DNA of 64,000 nucleotides, taken from positions 21,730 through 85,729 of the forward strand of contig CAVOGR010000003.1 of NCBI GenBank assembly GCA_963695555.1, written 5' to 3'. Made by a program: the position numbers and the translations under genes. This DNA is from an uncultured Gemmatimonadales bacterium (GTDB lineage: Bacteria > Gemmatimonadota > Gemmatimonadetes > Gemmatimonadales > GWC2-71-9). Below, one piece after another: positions 1 to 9,991 of the stretch. Position 1 is the first letter of the stretch. Each line of letters starts with the position of its first letter. The notes beneath the pieces were generated by a model, which saw only the letters and a list, made by a program, of their open reading frames with translations, did not search any database and was not told the DNA's origin.

Positions 1-451
1 CAAGCCCGATCACCAGCGCATCGAGCGGGCGCACCGACCCACGGGTCGCGCGGGCCCGCACCCACCGCGTGCTCCACAACACCAGTGCCGTGATGAGGAA
101 ACTCACGCCTACCAGGCGATACGAGTGGAAATACCGCTCGAAGAAATCGTGGAACACAAACCCGACGATTGCGGCCGGGACCGACCCCAGCGCCAACAAC
201 CCGGCAAAACTCCAACTCGACCGGTCGCCCCGCGCCATTCCGCTGAGCACATTCACGATCCTGCCCCGGTACACGATCACGACCGACGCCAGCGTCGCCA
301 CATGCAACAACACCTCGAACGCGACCCCGGGTGAGCGATAGCCGAGCAGTCCTTCGGCGACCACCAGGTGACCGGAGCTGGAAATCGGCAGGAACTCCGA
401 CAGGCCCTGGACCAGTCCGAGCAGGAGGCCTTCCCACCAGGACAGGGTCAT
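1..451 (-). CDS. uppP: Undecaprenyl-diphosphate phosphatase (5' part; runs off window)
   Basis: Manual minus-strand translation MTLSWWEGLLLGLVQGLSEFLPISSSGHL matches the BacA/UppP motif; ATGA overlap with bshA stop. Confidence 0.92.
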   Translation of the reverse strand, partial: MTLSWWEGLLLGLVQGLSEFLPISSSGHLVVAEGLLGYRSPGVAFEVLLHVATLASVVIVYRGRIVNVLSGMARGDRSSWSFAGLLALGSVPAAIVGFVFHDFFERYFHSYRLVGVSFLITALVLWSTRWVRARATRGSVRPLDALVIGL

Positions 452-1572
452 CCGAGCGCGTCGTGATACAGGGCCTCGTACATCGGCACGATTGTCTCGG
501 CGGAATAGCGTGCGGCTTTGGCGATCGCGGCGTCGCGCATGGCCTGATAGCGGGCCGGATCTCGCAGCAGTTCAACGGCCCGGCGTCCCATTGCCTCCAC
601 CGATCCGACCGGCTCGAGGATCCCATTCTCCGCGTCATCGATGAGCTCGGGTACTCCGCCCGCCCGGGTGCTCACCACCGGCGCGCCGCACGCCATCGCT
701 TCGAGTGCCGCGAGCCCGAACGATTCCGATTGGGACGGGAGCAGGAAGAGGTCGCTCGCCTGAAGCAGACTGATGACCGACTCGAGCCGCCCGAGGAATC
801 GCACGTCCTGCTCAACACCGAGCGCCCGGGCTTCACCTTCGGCCAGTTCCCGGTCCGGCCCATCCCCGATCATGATCATGGTGGCCTTCATGTAGCGGTG
901 GATGCGCGCGAAGACCCGGATGACGTCCTTGACCCGTTTGACCTCGCGGAAATTCGAGGCATGGCAGATGATCTTGTGGTCCGGCGGAGCCAGTCCCTCC
1001 CGGGCCGATGATTCGTCGGGGCGATACTCGGTGAGGTTGACGAAGTTGGGAATCACGCGGAGGTCGCACTGGACACAGCCGAACGCGCGATTGGTTTCAT
1101 CCTTGAGGTACTCGGACACCGCGCTGACGCGATCCGATTGCTCGATCGAAAACTTGGTGATGGCGTAGAAGCTCGACTCCTGACCCACCAGGGTGATGTC
1201 GGTCCCGTGCAGTGTCGTGATGACTTTGACGGGCACCTGGTCGGCCAACATCTCCCGAGCCAAATACGCCGTGGTGGCGTGGGGAATGGCGTAGTGTACG
1301 TGGAGCACATCGAGTTTTTCCCGCAGGACCACCTCGTGCTGCTTCGACGCGAGCGCCAAGGTGTAGGGGAAGTATTCGAACAGTGGATAGCGATTGATGC
1401 GCGTCTCGACCTCGTGCAGGTAGACCCGCTCGACATAGCCGCGGAGCCTGAAGGGCGAGGCGTAGGTAATGAAATGGACCTCATGGCCCCGCTGCGCCAG
1501 CTCGAGACCGAGCTCGGTGGCAACGGCGCCGGAGCCGCCGTAGGTCGGATAGCAGGTTATCCCAATGCGCAT
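448..1572 (-). CDS. bshA: N-acetyl-alpha-D-glucosaminyl L-malate synthase (GT4)
   Basis: MRIGITCYPTYGGSG, HVHYAIPHA, TTLHGTDIT, ESFGLAALEAM motifs; start trimmed to ATG 1572. Confidence 0.92.
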   Translation of the reverse strand: MRIGITCYPTYGGSGAVATELGLELAQRGHEVHFITYASPFRLRGYVERVYLHEVETRINRYPLFEYFPYTLALASKQHEVVLREKLDVLHVHYAIPHATTAYLAREMLADQVPVKVITTLHGTDITLVGQESSFYAITKFSIEQSDRVSAVSEYLKDETNRAFGCVQCDLRVIPNFVNLTEYRPDESSAREGLAPPDHKIICHASNFREVKRVKDVIRVFARIHRYMKATMIMIGDGPDRELAEGEARALGVEQDVRFLGRLESVISLLQASDLFLLPSQSESFGLAALEAMACGAPVVSTRAGGVPELIDDAENGILEPVGSVEAMGRRAVELLRDPARYQAMRDAAIAKAARYSAETIVPMYEALYHDALG

Positions 1573-1609
1573 GGTCGTCGTCGTGTTTGGGTGACCGGCG
1601 GCGCGTCGA

Positions 1610-2536
1610 TCAGCGCTGCTCGGCGCGGGTCCACGCGTGGATGATCTGGTCGGCCACCGCCGGCGGCGAGGGAGTCGCGTCCAGCACGAGCACTTCTCCC
1701 GCCAGCTGGTGCCTGAACCAGGTCTCCTGGCGCTTGGCATATTGCCGGGTGCTGGTAGCCACCGCCTCGGCAACGCTCTCACGGCTGCGGTGCCCGTGAA
1801 GATACTCAACCGCTTCCCGGATCCCGATGGCGTCGAGCCCGGGCGCCTTGGGCGAGAGTCCCTCGGCCAGCACCGCCGCCACTTCTTGAATCAGACCGCG
1901 CTCGACCATCTCCTGGGCCCGCCGCTCGATCCGCTGATGAAGCACCTGTCGCGGCACCGTGAGCACCACATACCAGGGATCGATCGCACCCCGGGTCTTG
2001 GCCGCGCGCTGCCAGAAGCTGAGCGGCCGTCCGGTCAGGAGCGCGATCTCGACCCCACGGCTCGCGCGCTGACGTCCACCACCCGAAAAGGTCGGGTCGA
2101 ACCGGCTCGCGAATCGCACCAGCTCGCGGCTGTCGAGCGTCGCGGCCCAGGTGGCAACGGCTCGGCGGCGCGCGGCATCGAGCGGCGGCTCGAGGAACAG
2201 ACCGTCCGCAAGAGCGCGAATGTACAGTCCGGTTCCGCCGACCACCACCGGCATCCGGCCCCGAGCCCTGATCTCCTTGATCCACCGTGCCGCATCCGCG
2301 GCAAACCGGCCCGCGCTGTAGCGCTGGCCCGGGTCGACTTGATTCAAACCATGGTGGACCACGGCGGCGCACTGTTTGGGCGTGGGCTTCGCGGTCCCGA
2401 TATCGAGCCGACGGTAGATCTGCCGCGAGTCGGCCGAGATGATCTCGAGCGGCCATGATGCCGCGAGCGCCAACGCCACCGCCGTCTTCCCCACTGCCGT
2501 GGGGCCAACGATCACGGGGACCCTAGCGCCGGCCAA
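1610..2536 (-). CDS. miaA: tRNA dimethylallyltransferase
   Basis: GPTAVGKT P-loop, DSRQIY..LDIGTAKP, VGGTGLY, TRQYAKRQETWF; TTG start inferred. Confidence 0.93.
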   Translation of the reverse strand: MAGARVPVIVGPTAVGKTAVALALAASWPLEIISADSRQIYRRLDIGTAKPTPKQCAAVVHHGLNQVDPGQRYSAGRFAADAARWIKEIRARGRMPVVVGGTGLYIRALADGLFLEPPLDAARRRAVATWAATLDSRELVRFASRFDPTFSGGGRQRASRGVEIALLTGRPLSFWQRAAKTRGAIDPWYVVLTVPRQVLHQRIERRAQEMVERGLIQEVAAVLAEGLSPKAPGLDAIGIREAVEYLHGHRSRESVAEAVATSTRQYAKRQETWFRHQLAGEVLVLDATPSPPAVADQIIHAWTRAEQR

Positions 2537-4241
2537 ACCGACGCTCCAACTCCTCTTTGGGTAGTTGCACGATGGTCGCGCGGCCGTGCACGTCGTGCGG
2601 CGGGAGCTCGGTCTCGAACAGCCTGAGGAGCAGCTGGCGCATTTCCGCCTCGCCCAAGGACTGCCCCGCTTTGACCGCGGCCCGGCACGCGTAGGTGGCG
2701 GCGAATCGCTCCAGCTGGTTGGCCCACCCGCCGAATCGGCCGCGGGCAAGGTCTGCGACCACCTCCCGGAAACACGCGAGCGCGTCGAATCTGGGATGAG
2801 GCGCGGGCGTGGCTGTGATGATCACGCTCCGCCCACCAAACGCCTCGACCTCGAACCCGATCCGGGCCAAATGGTCGCGATGTAGTTCCACGACCTCGAG
2901 TTCTTCGTCGGTCAGCTCCACCGTGATAGGAAGCAGAAGCCGCTGGGAGCTGGGATCGCTCCCGCTGAGGTGAGCCATGACGCTTTCGTAGAGCACCCGT
3001 TCGTGGGCGGAGTGTTGATCGACGATCACCATCCCATCGGGCGCTTCGTAGCAGATGTAGGTATCGAACAGCTGAAGGAGCGGGACCCCGAATCCGCCCT
3101 GCCCCGTCTGATCACCGGCAGGCCCAGGCTCGCTCGACGAAGCGCCATCGCCTGCCGTTCCGGGCGCCGGCGCAAAGAGGCTCGCAGTATCCCGACCTCC
3201 CGCGCTCGCCATGCCCGGCATGGGCCGCCAGCTCCCGACCCGCGCCGCAGCAGCCGGCTCGCCGAGCGCCAGGTGAACGGCCTCTTCGACGGCACGCTCT
3301 GCCCCGTAACGATCGCGGAAGCGGACCTCGCGCTTGGCGGGGTGCACGTTGACATCGACTTCCTGGGAATCGGTGACGATCGACAAGCAAAGCGACGGCC
3401 GGTCCCCGGGATGGATGGCCGCGCGATATCCAGCCTCCGCCGCCCGGATGAGGAACGCATCCTTGAATGGCCGGCCATTGATGAGCAGGAGCGTTCGTCT
3501 GCCGCTCGGGCTCGCATCGGCCGGCCGCTGCGCGAAACCCTCAACTTTGAACCGTCCAACGGCGTGCGCCAATGGAATGAGCGTGCCGGCCAGGTCCTGC
3601 CCCCATACCCCAATGAGTCGTTCGTCGAGCGTTTGGTCGGCCGGCACCTGGAGTCGGAGCCGTTCGTCGATGGTAAGTTCGAAGCCGATGGCCGGGTGGG
3701 CCAGTGCCAGTGTGGCAACAACATCGTGCGAGGCGCGCGTTTCACTCGACACCGAACGCAGAAACTTTCGGCGGGCGGGCGTGTTGTAAAACAGGCTCTG
3801 GACGGACACGGTGGTGCCGCGCTGGCGGGCGATCGGCTTCACCTGTTCGATCCGCCCGCCGGCCACGGTGATCTCGGTGCCCTCCGTATCGCCGTCGGAC
3901 GTGGACAGCGAAAAGCGGGACACCGACGCGATCGAGGGAAGCGCCTCGCCGCGGAAACCGAGCGTGGGAACGCCGACCAGATCGGCCGCCGTGGTAATCT
4001 TGCTCGTGGCGTGGCGCTCGAGCGCGAGAATTGCATCCTCCCGATGCATTCCCGAGCCGTCGTCGCGCACGGTGATCCGCTTCTTACCACCCTGCTCCAA
4101 CTCGACCGCAATGTGGCTCGCGCCGGCATCGATTGCATTCTCGACCAATTCCTTCACGACTGACGCCGGGCGTTCGACGACCTCGCCCGCCGCAATTTGA
4201 TCGGCGACCGCGTCCGGCAGGATCGCGATGGTACGGGGCAT
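2523..4241 (-). CDS. mutL: DNA mismatch repair protein MutL
   Basis: QIAAGEVVERPASVVKELVENAIDAG, GFRGEAL, DVNVHPAKREV, DQHSAHER. Confidence 0.96.
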   Translation of the reverse strand: MPRTIAILPDAVADQIAAGEVVERPASVVKELVENAIDAGASHIAVELEQGGKKRITVRDDGSGMHREDAILALERHATSKITTAADLVGVPTLGFRGEALPSIASVSRFSLSTSDGDTEGTEITVAGGRIEQVKPIARQRGTTVSVQSLFYNTPARRKFLRSVSSETRASHDVVATLALAHPAIGFELTIDERLRLQVPADQTLDERLIGVWGQDLAGTLIPLAHAVGRFKVEGFAQRPADASPSGRRTLLLINGRPFKDAFLIRAAEAGYRAAIHPGDRPSLCLSIVTDSQEVDVNVHPAKREVRFRDRYGAERAVEEAVHLALGEPAAAARVGSWRPMPGMASAGGRDTASLFAPAPGTAGDGASSSEPGPAGDQTGQGGFGVPLLQLFDTYICYEAPDGMVIVDQHSAHERVLYESVMAHLSGSDPSSQRLLLPITVELTDEELEVVELHRDHLARIGFEVEAFGGRSVIITATPAPHPRFDALACFREVVADLARGRFGGWANQLERFAATYACRAAVKAGQSLGEAEMRQLLLRLFETELPPHDVHGRATIVQLPKEELERRFGRR

Positions 4242-6595
4242 CAGCGCGGGCCCTCCTGGCCGAGCCCGACGATCTCCGCGTCCATGAGCCAGCCACGCCG
4301 ATCGGACGGCGAGCGCACCAGCCACCATCCGCGGGCTCGGTTGGTCACCCGGACAACCGCCCCCGCGCTGACGTCGGTCAATTCGGGTGCTCGCTCGTGC
4401 GGTGCAACCCGGAGATGGGTATCGAGCACGACGATGGCAATTGGCGCCGCTTCGCGATGGGTGATCCATGCGGCAGCCGCGCCCAGCACCACCGCCGCTC
4501 CGAGTGCCACGGCCCAGCGTCTTGCCCACTCGGGTTTCAGCATCAGACCGAGCCACCCGGCCAACCAGACCAGGGTGGCCAACAGCACCAGCTCCTGGGG
4601 GGTGACCGGTGGCACGCTGAGGAGGCTGGCCGAATCCCGGTCGGGCGGTGGCACCAACTCGAGGGCTCTGCGAATAGCGCCGTTCCTGGGGGCGAGCCGG
4701 AGTGCCGTGTTCCAGGCCCACGCGGCGCGCGCCTCCTGGCCCAGCCGGTAGTGCGCGGCGCCGAGGTTGTACCAGTTGGCTGGGCTCTCGGGGTCTCGCG
4801 CGACGCGCGCCTGAAAACCGTCGGCCGCGGCCTGGAGCGCGCCGGTCTGGTACAGCGTTTCGGGTGAGGGCCCCTGGCCGTTCAATGGAGCATTCCCCAG
4901 CACGAGCAGCATGAATGCGGCCGTCGCGCCTCGGTGCCAGCCGCGACGCGGCCCGCGGCCGCGTACCTCGCGCACGAGTTCCTGCACTTCTGTAACCAGT
5001 GCCCGTGTCGCGGGACCCGTTGGGGCCGGTCCGTACCGCTCCTCCCGGAACCGGTGGCGGAGCGCCACCAGGCGTTCCGCGATGTCAGTCGGTTCACCGC
5101 TCATGCGGAGGGCTTCGACCAGGGCATGATCCTCACGGTCGTCCACATCGGGAACCAGCTGCCGCAGCAGGCTGTGGAGCTCGGCTTCCATCACTTGCCC
5201 GCTCGAAGGAGCCGCCGCGGGCGCCGATCGCCGGAGGCGATGCCACGGTATCCGCCGCGACACGAAGACCGCGACCGGTAACAGCCAGATGACCACCACA
5301 AACGGCAGCGGGACGGCATTGCCGATCCGGGTGAGGAGTGGTGTCCCGCTCCGCCGCAAGAGCGGCGGTGGCAGCGCGCGGGTCGATACCCGGGTCGACG
5401 GCGGCGCCACCGCAATGCGCGCGGCAGGTACCGTGGCCTCGCGGTAGGATCGACTGCGCGTGTCGTAGTAGGAATAGGTCACCGCAGGCAGCACCATCGT
5501 CCCGGCCGAATCGGGAATCACCACGTAGCGGAACCGTTTCGATCCGGCGATGCGCCCGTCGATCGACTGCACTCGTTCCTCGTTCTGATCCGGATACGAC
5601 CGCACACCCGGAGGCCAGCGCACGGCCGGCTCGGACCAAAGCGACAGATTGCCCTCCCCTTCGAGCGTCATGTCGACGGTCAGCGGCTCCCCGGCCCTAC
5701 CGACCGACGGCGTCACCGTGCGGCCCAGCTCGAGCCCGCGCGCAACAGAGCCGGAGAAGTCGGCTGGTTGGCCGCGCTCGGGCAAGGGCAGCGCCGTGAT
5801 GTTCGCCGGGTCGCTCGCGAGCGAGAGGCGCTCTTCCTGGCTGAAGAACTGGAGGGCCAGCGGCACGCTGTACCGCAGCATGGCCGGCTCGATCTCGTGG
5901 TCGCCGGGGGCCAGTGGAAAGACCACCTCGTGGGTGATGAAGAGATCGTACCACACCCCACCGACCATCCGGCTCGCGGCAATCCCGACCGGGGTGGGTT
6001 GCGGATAGGTCCACATTCCCTCGACCGTCGGCGGCTCGAGCGTCGGGGGCCGCCGGAGGCGGAGCCTCAGGTCGCGGGGAATCCAGGCGACGGTGACCAT
6101 GTCCACCTGCTCGCCCACCAACACCGTGTCCGATGACAGCAGCACCTGGAGCGCGACCTTGCCACCCAGACCGCGGGGCGGACCACGGTTCAGCACCCGC
6201 GCCACCCGCGGATTCAACGTCGCGGCGACGGCGCCTTTGGCGTCGATCACCTCCACCTCGATCTCGCCCGTTTCCACGCGATGCGGGCCCTGGAGCGCAA
6301 ACGCGGAGCCGATGGTCAGGAGACCGACTCGGGTGGCGCGAAGACGGATCTGGATCACGGTCGAGCGCAGTGGCGTCGGGTCGAATGCCACCTCCGTGCG
6401 TTCCGATCGGGAGATCAGCTCGAACCCGTCCAGCATCGGCACCTGCACGTAGAGCGGCGGAATATCCGACCGGGTCGATGTCCTGATGGTGAGGATGAGT
6501 TCCTCCCCGACCGCGAGCGTCGCGCGATCTACCGACGCGGAAATCCGCGGCGGCTCGGCCTGCATGCCCACCGCTAACAGCAGCGCGCCTACCAA
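4241..6595 (-). CDS. BatD-family protein with C-terminal TPR and SH3-like (BatE-like) region
   Basis: Ig-like BatD segments (ISASVDR..VGEE; GEGNL), TM helices, WYNLGAAHYRLG TPR, terminal RGWL; lies in Bat operon. Confidence 0.75.
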   Translation of the reverse strand: MVGALLLAVGMQAEPPRISASVDRATLAVGEELILTIRTSTRSDIPPLYVQVPMLDGFELISRSERTEVAFDPTPLRSTVIQIRLRATRVGLLTIGSAFALQGPHRVETGEIEVEVIDAKGAVAATLNPRVARVLNRGPPRGLGGKVALQVLLSSDTVLVGEQVDMVTVAWIPRDLRLRLRRPPTLEPPTVEGMWTYPQPTPVGIAASRMVGGVWYDLFITHEVVFPLAPGDHEIEPAMLRYSVPLALQFFSQEERLSLASDPANITALPLPERGQPADFSGSVARGLELGRTVTPSVGRAGEPLTVDMTLEGEGNLSLWSEPAVRWPPGVRSYPDQNEERVQSIDGRIAGSKRFRYVVIPDSAGTMVLPAVTYSYYDTRSRSYREATVPAARIAVAPPSTRVSTRALPPPLLRRSGTPLLTRIGNAVPLPFVVVIWLLPVAVFVSRRIPWHRLRRSAPAAAPSSGQVMEAELHSLLRQLVPDVDDREDHALVEALRMSGEPTDIAERLVALRHRFREERYGPAPTGPATRALVTEVQELVREVRGRGPRRGWHRGATAAFMLLVLGNAPLNGQGPSPETLYQTGALQAAADGFQARVARDPESPANWYNLGAAHYRLGQEARAAWAWNTALRLAPRNGAIRRALELVPPPDRDSASLLSVPPVTPQELVLLATLVWLAGWLGLMLKPEWARRWAVALGAAVVLGAAAAWITHREAAPIAIVVLDTHLRVAPHERAPELTDVSAGAVVRVTNRARGWWLVRSPSDRRGWLMDAEIVGLGQEGPR

Positions 6596-8223
6596 TCTTT
6601 CCTCCCGGGGATGCCGCCGCCACGCAGGCGCCGGAGCTGTTGCGCGCGGGTCTCCCGCTCCTCCCGTTCCACCGAGTTCAGGATCTGTTCCGCTTGCGCC
6701 TCTGTGAGCGAGCCGCTCTCGGGCGGTGGGGTATTCGGCTCCTGCTCCGACTGCCCGCCACCTTGTGGTGGTGGCGTGCCTCCACCGCCTCCCCCGCCGC
6801 TTGGGGGCGGGTTTCGATCGCGGATGGTGAGTTCGAGGTTCCACTTGGCCCGCTGGGAAGCCGGCTGCAGCAACAGAGCCTGCTTCAAGCTCGCGGCCGC
6901 GATGTCCAACAGGCTGTCGCGACCCGCGGAGTCCTGCTGTGCTTGCTGTATCGCGGCGACACCGGCGTTGTACAGCGCCCGATAGCGCAGCGCGGGATCC
7001 ACCGAGTTCCCGGCCTGGGTCAGGGCGGCTCGGGCGGGTTCGAGCCGCCCTGCGACGAGTGCCGCGGTGCCGGCGTTGTAGAACGCCGTATCCGCGGCGG
7101 ACCCCTCCTTCGCCTCCTCCAGGAATGCCGTCGCTGCGCGCTCGGGCCGGCCGTCAGACATCGCGCGGACCCCTGGAGACGGCCGCTGCGCGGTGCTCAC
7201 TCCGGGCGCGAGCAGAAGACCGGCGAGCGCGATCAGCGAGGCACTCCGGCGGGCCGCCGTCTGCGCCAGCAAGAGCAGCATCGCGGCCAAGAGCGGGATC
7301 CAGGCCAGGGGTCGGAGATCGGCGGTTCGCGTTTCGGAAGTGGGCATGCGCTTGAAGGCGCCAACCAGGTCGCGGATGGCACCGGCTTGATCGGGCACGT
7401 CGGCCGGCACCATGGTACCGCCGGCCGCCTCAGCCAGAGCCTGCAACACGTCGTCGCGGCGCGCGGTCTCCACCAGGTTCCCCTCAGCGTCCCGCTTGTA
7501 CTCGAGCAAGGTTCCTCGACTGTCGCGGATGGGAATGCGGGACGGTGCGGCTTCTCCTTCACCCACCAGAATGAGGCGGACACCCAGGTCGCGAATCTCA
7601 CGCGCCGCGGCCAGCGCCTCACTCAACGAGTCGTGGGTTTCTCCATCGGTGAACACCACCAGCACGCGATCCGACACGCTGGGCGCGGCGCCGAGAAGTT
7701 GGGCACCCTGGCGGAGCGCCGATGGGAGGCTCGTCCCGCCCTGGCTCGCGATGTCCGGGTCGAGTGCGTCGAGGTGCAGCACGATGGCGCTCCCGTCCAC
7801 GGTGAGCGGAGCGAGGATATAGCTCCGGCCCGCGAACACGGTGAGGCCCAGGCGGTCTCCCTCCAGATCGTGAATCAACCGCCGTGCTTCCTTGACCGCA
7901 CGGCCCAACCGGCTCGGCACCATGTCTTCGGCCAGCATCGACCGACTGATGTCGATGGACATGATCAGGCTGAGCGCCCGGGTCTCCGATGCGATCTCGA
8001 TCCGGCCGCCCCGCGGCCCCGCGATCGCAATCGCGGCCAGGGCGCCGACCAGGGCCAGTGCGGCCGGCGACCAGCGGCCGTTATCGCGGGCAAGCTTGGC
8101 CAGCTTCACCGACCAGTGCCGCGCCAAGCGCACCCGCCGCCGCCGAGCCAGCATAGCCAAGCCGCCACCCAATCCGGCCAGGATCGGGACCAGCACCAGG
8201 AGTGCCGGGAACTCGAACATCAT
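6589..8223 (-). CDS. VWA domain protein with TPR (BatB/BatC-like)
   Basis: MIDAS DISRSM, FAG..APLT, TDGE; TPR YNAG, AKWNLEL; ends KDW. Confidence 0.85.
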   Translation of the reverse strand: MMFEFPALLVLVPILAGLGGGLAMLARRRRVRLARHWSVKLAKLARDNGRWSPAALALVGALAAIAIAGPRGGRIEIASETRALSLIMSIDISRSMLAEDMVPSRLGRAVKEARRLIHDLEGDRLGLTVFAGRSYILAPLTVDGSAIVLHLDALDPDIASQGGTSLPSALRQGAQLLGAAPSVSDRVLVVFTDGETHDSLSEALAAAREIRDLGVRLILVGEGEAAPSRIPIRDSRGTLLEYKRDAEGNLVETARRDDVLQALAEAAGGTMVPADVPDQAGAIRDLVGAFKRMPTSETRTADLRPLAWIPLLAAMLLLLAQTAARRSASLIALAGLLLAPGVSTAQRPSPGVRAMSDGRPERAATAFLEEAKEGSAADTAFYNAGTAALVAGRLEPARAALTQAGNSVDPALRYRALYNAGVAAIQQAQQDSAGRDSLLDIAAASLKQALLLQPASQRAKWNLELTIRDRNPPPSGGGGGGGTPPPQGGGQSEQEPNTPPPESGSLTEAQAEQILNSVEREERETRAQQLRRLRGGGIPGRKDW

Positions 8224-9194
8224 GGGACGCGGACCATCCGGGTGGCTCCGAGCAGCAGTTCGAGCACCAGTGCCGCCAGCCCGAACAGGGCGAATGGCAT
8301 CGTCGCCTCGTCGTAGCGGGTGTACCGGGTCACTTCGATCGGAGACTTCTCGAGCCCGTCGATCTGGCGAAAGATTCGACTCAAGGCCTCGCTGTCCTTA
8401 GCGCGGAAGTAGCGCCCGCCCGTCGACTCCGCGATCTCCTGCAGCAGCGCCTCGTCGATCCGGACCGGAAGGATTTCGTAGCGGAAGCCGGTCAGACCCC
8501 GACCGGTCGGAATCGGCGCCTCACCCTCGGTGCCGACGCCGATGGTGTACACCTTGACCCCGTACGTCTTGGCCGTGGCGGCGGCGGTGCGCGGATCGAT
8601 CAAGCCGCGGTTGTTCTCCCCGTCGGTGAGCAGCAAGGCGACCTTGGATTTGCCAGGCGACAGACGGAGCCGGTTGACCGCGGTCGCCAGGCCGCTACCG
8701 ATGGCCGTGCCGTCCTCGAGGCTTCCGATCTTGAGGTCCATGATGGCGCGCTCGAGCACCGGATAGTCCAGTGTCACGGGCACCTGGGTCAGCGCCTCCC
8801 CCGCGAAGGCCACCAGACCGATCCGATCGGCCTGACGGCCGCGGATGAATGCGATGGCTTGCTGTTTGGCGACCTCCAGCCGATTCGACGGCGCGAAGTC
8901 TTCGGCCAGCATGCTGCTCGAGATATCGATCGCGATCGCGATCGCGATCCCTTCCTGCTTGATCTCGATGGTATCGCCGCCGATCCTCGGCCCGGCCGCA
9001 CCGACGATCCACGCGGCCAGCGCCAGCAACCGAAGCCCGGGCGGGAGGTGAACCCACCACGCCGGTCGCGCGGTGCGCTCGAACAGACTGACACTGCTGT
9101 AGGGAACGCCGCTCGCCCTACGCCGGCGGTGCCACCACCACCACGGGAGCGCCAGGAGCAGGAGCAGGAGCCACGGACGGGCAAAGTTGATCAT
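8220..9194 (-). CDS. VWA domain protein (BatA-like)
   Basis: N-terminal FARPWLLLLL, DISSSM, NRLEVAK, GTAIG, LLTDGENN. Confidence 0.88.
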   Translation of the reverse strand: MINFARPWLLLLLLALPWWWWHRRRRASGVPYSSVSLFERTARPAWWVHLPPGLRLLALAAWIVGAAGPRIGGDTIEIKQEGIAIAIAIDISSSMLAEDFAPSNRLEVAKQQAIAFIRGRQADRIGLVAFAGEALTQVPVTLDYPVLERAIMDLKIGSLEDGTAIGSGLATAVNRLRLSPGKSKVALLLTDGENNRGLIDPRTAAATAKTYGVKVYTIGVGTEGEAPIPTGRGLTGFRYEILPVRIDEALLQEIAESTGGRYFRAKDSEALSRIFRQIDGLEKSPIEVTRYTRYDEATMPFALFGLAALVLELLLGATRMVRVP

Positions 9195-9991
9195 GCCGCC
9201 TCGACCCGTGAACACAGCGCCATGGTCCGCTGGTACAACTCGAGTGCATCTCCTTCGGTAAGCGGCGCAAAGCGCGACCCGTCCATCTCGCGTACCACCT
9301 GTCCCAGCTCATCCAGAGGCCACCCGGGTTTCCGGGCATGCAAGACGGCCAGCCACGCGTCGGTGTCGAGCGTCGGGCCTGCATCGGGCACCCGGGCGGC
9401 CACGGTTTGTTTGAGGGCCAGGATCCCTGCGGCGGCGACGGCACGGGATTCTCCAGCCGCGGCCCATCGCGCAACCGGCGGGCTGGATACGGCTGGTTCA
9501 GGTGCGGCGGCAGACGGAGCTGGCTTCCCTCGTCTCCGCCACCACCAGTGGAGCGGAAGCACCAAGAGGGCCGCCACCCCCCAGAGCACCAAGAGCGGTA
9601 CCAGGCTGGTGACCGGCCGCGGAATAATGCCGGTGGGCGGTTGGGGCTGGAGGGTCGAGTCGGGTGGCACGTTGGGAAGGACGCTCGCAATCGTGATGGT
9701 CACGCGGCTCAGTCGCACGGAGTCCACATCGCCCCGCGGCGACAGCAGCACCGGGCCCGGTACTTCCACCACGTGGGAGCCCGGTTGCCACACCACGAGC
9801 GGATACCGGACCCGAACCGAGTCCCCCAGCACGTCCACCACGGCACGGCCGAGCAGCTCCACTGCCCCGCCCGGGTCCCAGGCGGGCGCTCGTGCAGACC
9901 ACCCGGCAGGAAGCGGGATGGTACGGCTGACCCACACCGTGTCGCCGACGGTGGGCGTACCCTGGAGTGCCAAGAGCATCAGAATCATCAT
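9191..9991 (-). CDS. Membrane-anchored Bat-operon accessory protein
   Basis: ORF coupled by overlaps between DUF58 and BatA; one TM helix followed by WWWRRR. Confidence 0.65.
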   Translation of the reverse strand: MMILMLLALQGTPTVGDTVWVSRTIPLPAGWSARAPAWDPGGAVELLGRAVVDVLGDSVRVRYPLVVWQPGSHVVEVPGPVLLSPRGDVDSVRLSRVTITIASVLPNVPPDSTLQPQPPTGIIPRPVTSLVPLLVLWGVAALLVLPLHWWWRRRGKPAPSAAAPEPAVSSPPVARWAAAGESRAVAAAGILALKQTVAARVPDAGPTLDTDAWLAVLHARKPGWPLDELGQVVREMDGSRFAPLTEGDALELYQRTMALCSRVEAA

